Shown here one piece after another: positions 25,961 through 32,000 of a stretch of DNA of 32,000 nt. The stretch is taken from contig NC_006138.1 of the NCBI RefSeq assembly GCF_000025945.1, forward strand, positions 2,490,001-2,522,000. Direction: 5' to 3'. Each line of letters opens with the position of its first letter. Position 1 is the first letter of the stretch. Below the pieces are notes generated by a model that was given only the letters and a program-made list of their open reading frames with translations, was not told where the DNA came from and ran no database searches. Origin of the DNA: Desulfotalea psychrophila LSv54 (lineage in GTDB: Bacteria > Desulfobacterota > Desulfobulbia > Desulfobulbales > Desulfocapsaceae). Both the position numbers and the translations under genes were made by a program.

Positions 25961-26266
25961 ATTATTTCTTGCTCCACAAAGGAAACTATAAAAAAAGACT
26001 TGTAAAATACCGCACCATATGCAAAGTGCAATACAAATATGAGGAAAAGAGGTACTCTAATAAGAGTACCCTTACTCATTCACATTAAAGCCTTAACTCT
26101 TCAACCAATTATAAACAGTAGAATTCTACCCTTCAAGGTCACTTACTATTCTAACACAGCGCTCTGATCGGTAAAAATTCTATTTTATTATTGCTCTTTT
26201 TATGATAAAAATTGCCATTTCTAATCTAGCGTAATCACCTGAGAACAAAGTATACCCCATAATAAT

Positions 26267-28060
26267 ATGAAAAATATTCGCAATTTTAGCATTATTGCCC
26301 ACATCGATCACGGCAAATCGACCCTAGCTGACCGTATGATCCAGGAATGTGGAGTAATAACCGCAAGGGATTTCCAAGACCAACTTCTCGATAATATGGA
26401 TATTGAACGGGAACGAGGGATTACCATTAAGAGCCAAACTGTATGTTTACCATACACAGCAAAAGATGGGAAAGAATATATCCTCAATCTCGTTGACACA
26501 CCGGGTCATGTAGATTTTAGCTACGAGGTGTCAAGAGCTCTTACCTCCTGCGAAGGTGCTCTGCTTATCGTTGATGCTGCGCAAGGTGTGGAAGCGCAGA
26601 CACTGGCTAATCTCTACCTTGCCATGGAAAACGATCTGGAGATCATCCCCGTTATTAATAAGATTGATCTTCCCTCTGCAGAGCCAGAAAAAGTTGCCCT
26701 GCAGATAGAAGAGGATCTTGGCCTTGACGCCGATCTTATTCAACTCTGCTCTGCTAAAACCGGTGTCGGGGTTCACGAGATTCTGGATAGCATCGTAGAA
26801 CATCTACCCGCACCTGAAGGTGATGCAAAGGCCCCCCTACAGGCCCTCATCTTTGATGCCAACTATGACCCATTTCGAGGTACCATCATCTCTGTTCGCC
26901 TCATCAACGGTACGGTGAAGGCAGGAGATATTATTAGGTTCATGTCCACTGGAATTGAGTACAAGGTAGAAGAGGTGGGACTCTTCAAGGTACAACGAGA
27001 GGCACGGAAAACACTTTCAGCAGGTGAGGTCGGCTATATTCTGGCTGGCATTAAAACTGTTCAGGATACCCGACCAGGAGAAACTATCACCCTCAAGGCC
27101 AATCCCTGCGAGGCCGCTCTGGCCGGTTTTCAGGAGGTCCAGCAGGTAGTTTTCTCCTCGATCTACCCGATCGACACCGACGATTACGAAGATCTTGTGG
27201 TGGCTCTGGAAAAGCTCAAGCTCAATGATGCCGCTCTTACCTTTGAGAAAGATTCTTCGGTAGCCCTTGGCTTTGGTTTTCGCTGTGGTTTTCTGGGACT
27301 TCTTCATCTGGAGGTTGTACAGGAACGGTTGGAACGAGAGTTTAATATTTCATTGATCCTTACCGTCCCTTCAGTAAAGTATATCTTCACCCTCTCCGAT
27401 GGCACGACTAAAGAGGTGGATAATCCGGCCCACTTTCCCGACCCGACTCATATCGACGAGGTAAAAGAGCCCTTTATCAAGGCCAGCATTCTTATCCCGG
27501 AAAAGTATATGGGTGCGGTAATGAATCTCTGTATGGAAAGACGTGGTGAAAATACCACTTTTCACTATCCTACCCCGGGTCGTATTGAGTTTATATGTGA
27601 ACTGCCATTGGCAGAGGTGATTTACGATTTTTACGATCGACTCAAGTCAGTAACCCAAGGGTATGGCTCCTTCGATTACGAGCTGATCGATTACCGTAAA
27701 TCTGATCTGGTAAAACTCGATATTCTGGTAAACAGTGAACCTGTTGATGCCCTTTCCCAGCTGGTACATCGTGTCAATGCCAGAAAAAGGGGTCTTCATT
27801 CCTGCGAAATGCTTAAGGAAGAAATTCCACGACAGATGTTTAAAATTGCTATCCAGGCAGCCATTGGCGGTAATGTTGTGGCCAGAACAAATATCTCTGC
27901 CATGCGAAAAGATGTTACGGCCAAATGTTATGGTGGTGATATTTCACGAAAGAGAAAACTTCTTGAAAAACAGAAGGCGGGAAAGAAGCGGATGAAAACA
28001 GTGGGTAATGTTGATATTCCGCAAACAGCCTTTCTTGCAGTGCTTAAATCCGAGCAGTAG
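26267..28060 (+). CDS. lepA: Translation elongation factor 4 (LepA)
   Basis: 597 aa. [28 protein letters not shown] and NKIDL are GTPase motifs. The LepA-specific C-terminal domain is ...[31 protein letters not shown]. Confidence 0.96.
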   Translation: MKNIRNFSIIAHIDHGKSTLADRMIQECGVITARDFQDQLLDNMDIERERGITIKSQTVCLPYTAKDGKEYILNLVDTPGHVDFSYEVSRALTSCEGALLIVDAAQGVEAQTLANLYLAMENDLEIIPVINKIDLPSAEPEKVALQIEEDLGLDADLIQLCSAKTGVGVHEILDSIVEHLPAPEGDAKAPLQALIFDANYDPFRGTIISVRLINGTVKAGDIIRFMSTGIEYKVEEVGLFKVQREARKTLSAGEVGYILAGIKTVQDTRPGETITLKANPCEAALAGFQEVQQVVFSSIYPIDTDDYEDLVVALEKLKLNDAALTFEKDSSVALGFGFRCGFLGLLHLEVVQERLEREFNISLILTVPSVKYIFTLSDGTTKEVDNPAHFPDPTHIDEVKEPFIKASILIPEKYMGAVMNLCMERRGENTTFHYPTPGRIEFICELPLAEVIYDFYDRLKSVTQGYGSFDYELIDYRKSDLVKLDILVNSEPVDALSQLVHRVNARKRGLHSCEMLKEEIPRQMFKIAIQAAIGGNVVARTNISAMRKDVTAKCYGGDISRKRKLLEKQKAGKKRMKTVGNVDIPQTAFLAVLKSEQ

Positions 28061-28069
28061 GAGATCTAT

Positions 28070-28110
28070 AAGCGTTGCCCCACAGAGAGTACTGAGGGAC
28101 AACGCTTTTT
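28070..28110 (+). terminator. Rho-independent terminator after lepA
   Basis: AAGCGTTGCCCC ... GGGACAACGCTT forms an 8+3 bp stem with one mismatch. It is followed by a T-run (to 28110) and lies 10 nt after the lepA stop. Confidence 0.7.
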
Positions 28111-28130
28111 AAATTAATAGGTCAAGTTCT

Positions 28131-29273
28131 CTAGTTATAGGGGACAAACTTACCGTCTTCTACGGTGAGCATTGTAAAGGCCTCAATGCTTAAGCCGGAA
28201 TGATCCTTCGCTGAAAAATTAAACTCGCCTGCAGTACCCATAAAGCCCCTGGTAGCCTCCAGAACGCCACGCACCTTTTCTCTATCAAGGCCGACCTGCT
28301 TAATGGCATTGGCCAGAAGTAAAAGTGCATCATAGGAATGTCCGCCAAAGGTGCTGACCTCCTCCCCATAGCTATTTTCATAATCATTTTTAAACTGGAG
28401 AAGAAAATCTTTATCTACTCCTGCGGGGAGTTGTTTGGCAATGATCAGGCGACTGGCAGGAAAAAGAACACCCTCAGCAGCTGCACCTGCTGCCTGCACA
28501 TATTTAATATTGGCAAAGCCATGACTCTGAAAGATAGGTACATCCCAGCCAGCTTGTCTGATATTTTTCAGGACAATGGATTGGGCGGGGACAACGGACC
28601 AGTTCACAACAGCCTCTATCCCCGGTTGGGATTTTATCTTGGCCACAATGGCAGTAAGATCTGTAGCATTTTTATCATAAACCTCTGAGCTGACAACCTC
28701 TATGCCATATTTTTTTGCCCGCTTTAAAATTTGTCTCTTACCAGCCTTACCAAAGCCCGTATTACCACTGAGCAGGGCTATTTTTTTTATCCCTTTTTTC
28801 TGCATATAGATGAATATTTTTTCCACGGCAAGACCATCACTGGGGGCCGTTTTGAAAACATAGCTGGCCAGAGGGAAAACAATGCGGTCGGCTGAAGAAC
28901 AGGAGAGCAGGAGTGTCTTTGACCTCTGACAAAGTTTTTTTATCTTCAGCGTTTCGCCACTTGTAGAGGGGCCTATAATAGCAAAAACCTCCTTCTCCTC
29001 AATCAGCTGCCGGGCAAAGGAGATGGCCTTTTCACTACTGCCACCGCTGTCGCGAACAATCAACTCTATCTTTTTACCCTGAATTCCGCCTGCTCTGTTT
29101 ATTCGCTGGACAAGCATCTTGGCAGATTTTAATTCCGGTCCGCCTAGAAACGAGGCTGGTCCTGTTACCGCTAAAATAGCTCCCACCTTAATGTTTTCAG
29201 TAGCCCAGCTGGCCCCGGCGCTCATTAACAATAGTACTGCCACAGCAAATAAATGTATTATCTCTTTTTTCAT
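28131..29273 (-). CDS. ABC transporter periplasmic substrate-binding protein, LivK/branched-chain amino acid-binding family (type 1 PBP)
   Basis: Signal peptide MKKEIIHLFAVAVLLLMSAGASWA, then IKVGAILAVTGPASFLGGPELKSAKMLVQRINRAGGIQGKKIELIVRDSGG, typical of Leu/Ile/Val-binding proteins. I prefer the ATG at 29273 (AAGGAG SD) over the ORF-track 29318. Confidence 0.85.
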   Translation of the reverse strand: MKKEIIHLFAVAVLLLMSAGASWATENIKVGAILAVTGPASFLGGPELKSAKMLVQRINRAGGIQGKKIELIVRDSGGSSEKAISFARQLIEEKEVFAIIGPSTSGETLKIKKLCQRSKTLLLSCSSADRIVFPLASYVFKTAPSDGLAVEKIFIYMQKKGIKKIALLSGNTGFGKAGKRQILKRAKKYGIEVVSSEVYDKNATDLTAIVAKIKSQPGIEAVVNWSVVPAQSIVLKNIRQAGWDVPIFQSHGFANIKYVQAAGAAAEGVLFPASRLIIAKQLPAGVDKDFLLQFKNDYENSYGEEVSTFGGHSYDALLLLANAIKQVGLDREKVRGVLEATRGFMGTAGEFNFSAKDHSGLSIEAFTMLTVEDGKFVPYN

Positions 29274-29578
29274 AGCTCCTTTCCTAAAATGAATTTTCCA
29301 AGACACAGCCCTTAACATGCCCCCAGGGGCAAGAGGGCGATTAGTTAAACCAGAGAAGAGAAATACAAGATTTTATTCAGGCAAACAAGGATAAAACAAA
29401 TCTAAAGAAAGAAGTTTGCCTCTCTTGATTAACAAAGATAGTCATCGACAGAGGGGTATAGAGGGTAAAAAAACAATCTCTTGCCAAAAGAGATCAGGCA
29501 GGTTTTTATAGGGATGCTTTCATCGCCTCAGGCTCTGAGTAACCTCAACATTCTTCTCTAAAATAAAGAAAAGCAGCT

Positions 29579-30181
29579 ATGATTCAAAAAATTTCTCACT
29601 ATATCCTCCGCCTAAATGGCTGGAAAATTATCCATACACCCATGCCGAAAAATAAATATCTTATTATCGGTGCCCCCCATACCAGTAACTGGGACTTTCC
29701 CCTTGCCCTCCTCTGTCTATCTGCACTTCACCTGCGTTTCTGGTGGGCGGCTAAGCACAGTCTTTTTCATTTCCCCCTTGGCTGGTTCTTTCGAAAAATG
29801 GGAGGAATAGCTGTCAACCGCCGGGTACGAAACGATTTTCTTCGCACAATAAAAAAAGAATATAATAAAAGAGAGGAGTTTATCCTGGCCATTGCCCCGG
29901 AGGGCACTCGCTCATTTACCAATCACTGGAAGTGTGGCTTTTACCAAATAGCAATCGAGGCAGAGGTGGATATTGCCCTCGCCTTTCTGGACTATTCAAC
30001 AAAGACAATGGGCATAGGAAAAATTATCCAACCAAGCGGCAATATAGAAGAAGATTTTGAGAAAATTGCTGCCTTTTATCATGATATAAAGGGTAAGTAC
30101 CCAGAAAAGCAGAGCACCATTGCCATTCGTGCAAACGAGCTCAAACACTTCAAACGAATGCAAGAAGGGCAAAAGAACTAG
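29579..30181 (+). CDS. Lysophospholipid (1-acyl-sn-glycerol-3-phosphate) acyltransferase family protein, PlsC-like
   Basis: 200 aa with the acyltransferase motif set: HTSNWD (HxxxxD), GGIAVNR and APEGTRS. Confidence 0.75.
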   Translation: MIQKISHYILRLNGWKIIHTPMPKNKYLIIGAPHTSNWDFPLALLCLSALHLRFWWAAKHSLFHFPLGWFFRKMGGIAVNRRVRNDFLRTIKKEYNKREEFILAIAPEGTRSFTNHWKCGFYQIAIEAEVDIALAFLDYSTKTMGIGKIIQPSGNIEEDFEKIAAFYHDIKGKYPEKQSTIAIRANELKHFKRMQEGQKN

Positions 30182-31077
30182 AGGGCCTCTATCTTGGCCT
30201 TTTGCGGTATTAGTAAAAAGAGGACTGCAAAAAAGATCAGCACTAAACCTACTCCAGAGAGCAGACAGAGTTTCTCGTCTAAGACAAAGACGGCAAGCAG
30301 ACCTGCCGTCATGGGCTCGGTAAGGGCTAGGGTTACGGCGGTGGAAACGGGAACTACCTCTAAACCCTTGACAAAGAGTAGGTAGGCGAGGGCCATGGAA
30401 AACAAACCCAGGTGAAGGATCATGACAAAACCTGAGGGGGAGAAAAGCCAGGAAATATCGACATAGAAAAGAACTGGGGTAAGTAACACTGCACCCACAC
30501 AAAAGAGCATTGCCGTCACCTCCTCTGCCTCCCTCTCCTGCAAAAGCGTCTTCATTATAAGGCTGGTGCCCGCGTAGGACAAACCAGCACAAAGGGCAAG
30601 CAGCACGCCCAGAAAGCTCCCCCATGAATCCGCCCCACCATTTTCAGCAAAGAGGAGCAGGGCGCAGCCACAGAGGGCCACTGTCGTTGACAGGTACCAG
30701 ATGAGTCGGGGTTTTTGCCGGAAAAAAATTATTTCAAGAACACCGGCAAAAATAGGGGCTGAACCAATACCTACAATGGTACCCACAGCAACACCCGCCA
30801 AAGCCACCCCGGAAAAGAATGTTGCCTGATAGAGAGCCACTAGGGCACCACCCAAAAAAACCAGACCCCAAGGCCAGGAGAGGCTACGCAGGCCACCACG
30901 GCAATAACTCATGAGGGCAAGCGCAATGCCGGCAACTATCAACCTCAAGGCACCGACAGCCAGGGGATTGCTTGTACTTGGCCCAAGGGCCTGGGCGGTA
31001 CCCGTTGTCCCCCAGAGCATACCGGCCAGGACAACATACAGGGCGCCAAAAGATATTTTTGTTGAACGTGTAGTCAC
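30178..31077 (-). CDS. EamA/DMT superfamily transporter
   Basis: 299 aa with about 10 hydrophobic helices in two EamA-like halves (LAGMLWGTTG..., a Gly/Ala-rich TM pattern). Its stop overlaps the acyltransferase stop within CTAG (30178..30181). Confidence 0.85.
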   Translation of the reverse strand: MTTRSTKISFGALYVVLAGMLWGTTGTAQALGPSTSNPLAVGALRLIVAGIALALMSYCRGGLRSLSWPWGLVFLGGALVALYQATFFSGVALAGVAVGTIVGIGSAPIFAGVLEIIFFRQKPRLIWYLSTTVALCGCALLLFAENGGADSWGSFLGVLLALCAGLSYAGTSLIMKTLLQEREAEEVTAMLFCVGAVLLTPVLFYVDISWLFSPSGFVMILHLGLFSMALAYLLFVKGLEVVPVSTAVTLALTEPMTAGLLAVFVLDEKLCLLSGVGLVLIFFAVLFLLIPQKAKIEAL

Positions 31078-31119
31078 AGTCTCTCCATTATTTGTAATAA
31101 AAATGATAACAGTGGTGGA

Positions 31120-31788
31120 CTAATCTTCAACCTTTTCTTTTAATTTTCCTTTATCGACCACCTCTATCGCCCTACCATGAATGACGATAATCCCCTCGCT
31201 AGCAAATTGGCCAAAAATCCTCGACAGGGTTTCAGGAGCTGTCCCCAACAGGCTGGCCAACTGCCCCTTAGATATTTCCAAGCGGAGGGAAAGAGAATCC
31301 TGTTCCTCGGTTAACAAAAGTAAATATTTAGCAAGGCGGTGAGGTACCTCTTGAAGAGAGAGGGCCTCTACTTGTCGGGTGAATTTTCGTAATTTTGTGG
31401 CAAATATAGCAAGAAGGTTAAGCGCCAACTGAGAGTTCCTCTCTATAAGCGATACAAACTTTTCTCTTGGAAAGTAGAGCAGTTCCGTGTCAACAAGGCT
31501 CTCACCATTGGCTGGAAAAGGTTTACCCTGAAAGACAGCTGCCTCCCCAAAGGTCTCTAGATCTTTTAATATATGAAGAATTTGTTCCTTGCCACCCGCC
31601 GATATTTTATAGACTTTCACCCTGCCCGAAACGATAAGATAGAAGCCGTTGCCAGGATCCTGTTCAAAGAACAGGGACGTCCCCCGCTTCACTGAAATTT
31701 CCTTGGTAATTGTGGCAAGTTGAGCCAGTTGTTCGCCGGGGAGACCGGCAAAAAGTTCACAGTTGGCAAGTATACTTTCAATATTCAT
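31120..31788 (-). CDS. Crp/Fnr family transcriptional regulator (cNMP-binding domain plus C-terminal HTH)
   Basis: 222 aa. LFAGLPGEQLAQLA...FFEQDPGNGFYLIVSGRVKVYK..GKEQIL is the cNMP-binding beta-roll, and SKGQLASLLGTAPETLSRIFGQF is the HTH. It has no Fnr-type N-terminal Cys cluster. Confidence 0.88.
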   Translation of the reverse strand: MNIESILANCELFAGLPGEQLAQLATITKEISVKRGTSLFFEQDPGNGFYLIVSGRVKVYKISAGGKEQILHILKDLETFGEAAVFQGKPFPANGESLVDTELLYFPREKFVSLIERNSQLALNLLAIFATKLRKFTRQVEALSLQEVPHRLAKYLLLLTEEQDSLSLRLEISKGQLASLLGTAPETLSRIFGQFASEGIIVIHGRAIEVVDKGKLKEKVED

Positions 31789-31936
31789 ATTTTCTTAAAA
31801 CCTCTTTTTTTACAATATGATAGCAAATCATCAATAAAGAAACAGCATAAATGATTCTTGAATTTTTTTAATAAGTATTTAAATTAGGTTCCCATTTAGG
31901 AGAGAGAATTACCTCAAACTTCAGGGCAAGATGTAT

Positions 31937-32000
31937 ATGCGCAAAATAATCCATATTGATATGGACGCCTTTTTTGCCTCAATAGAACAACGAGACAGGC
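31937..32000 (+). CDS. dinB: DNA polymerase IV (Y-family), N-terminal 21 codons; the gene runs off the right edge
   Basis: Translation MRKIIHIDMDAFFASIEQRDR closely matches the E. coli DinB N-terminus (MRKIIHVDMDCFFAAVEMRD). An in-frame ATG at 31931 is an alternative start. Confidence 0.7.
   Translation, partial: MRKIIHIDMDAFFASIEQRDR

Noticed and set aside
29319-29578. Possible riboswitch or sRNA in the 260-nt region between the binding-protein gene and the acyltransferase gene. Small hairpins are present: AGGCAAAC...GTTTGCCT and ATCTCTT-GCCAA-AAGAGAT.
   Set aside because: The stems are short with long or unstructured loops, and I recognise no conserved riboswitch core. The region is adequately explained as a divergent promoter region. 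An Rfam scan would be needed to revisit this.
29996-30625. 209-aa minus-strand ORF rich in Arg/Gly/Cys/Pro
   Set aside because: It is an alternative frame of the EamA transporter gene and runs antisense into the acyltransferase. Its composition (RGGDGNALLCGC..., RRNPSPYRAHDGRS) is that of an out-of-frame read of GC-richer membrane-protein coding DNA.
30178-31077. Apparent higher GC of the EamA transporter gene as a sign of horizontal transfer
   Set aside because: The enrichment is explained by Ala/Gly/Leu-rich transmembrane coding content. There are no flanking repeats, tRNA or mobility genes. I did not compute statistics.
1-32000. Search for CRISPR arrays, tRNA/rRNA genes, transposases, integrases, phage genes, toxin-antitoxin pairs or known defence-system genes
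   Set aside because: There are no regularly spaced direct repeats. No intergenic region is longer than about 310 nt or has tRNA-like structure. Every ORF longer than about 150 aa is accounted for by a housekeeping or envelope family, or is an antisense shadow ORF. This was a scan by eye only; tRNAscan, Infernal and a repeat finder would be decisive.

Overview
This window looks like ordinary core chromosome from a moderately AT-rich Gram-negative anaerobe. My guess is a Desulfobacterota/deltaproteobacterium-like organism, based only on gene content and unverified. Nearly all large ORFs are recognisable housekeeping genes. Left to right they are: cobO (5' fragment), HU, a LarE-like PP-loop enzyme, pheA, moaA, tsaD, a DUF2062 protein, rsmA, a lipoprotein, a YbcJ-like S4 protein, a disrupted phosphoesterase-like gene, and ppaC. 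Next comes a four-gene plus-strand cluster (unknown membrane protein, SprA-related protein, M18 aminopeptidase, lytic transglycosylase), then ettA. A long minus-strand block follows: sdaA, tsaC, a fused purD-purE, greA, a 1279-aa TPR plus beta-barrel outer-membrane protein, a DegT-type aminotransferase and rpoH. The window ends with lepA, an orphan LivK-like binding protein, a PlsC-like acyltransferase, an EamA transporter, a Crp/Fnr regulator and the 5' end of dinB. I found no rRNA, tRNA, CRISPR array, transposase, integrase or phage genes, and no recognisable defence or toxin-antitoxin system. I cannot honestly point to a clear novel system. The loci most worth a second look are: (1) the low-GC giant TPR/beta-barrel protein with no partner genes, (2) the uncharacterised envelope/peptidase-looking cluster at 9833..13418, (3) the PurD-PurE fusion with tsaC starting inside its 3' end, (4) the broken exported phosphoesterase-like gene, whose in-frame TGA has a GGTC motif at E. 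coli SECIS-like spacing, and (5) several perfect inverted repeats in intergenic regions. Several ORF-track starts appear too far upstream (larE-like, moaA, tsaD, lipoprotein, ppaC, purDE, binding protein), and I re-called them from SD spacing and family N-termini.
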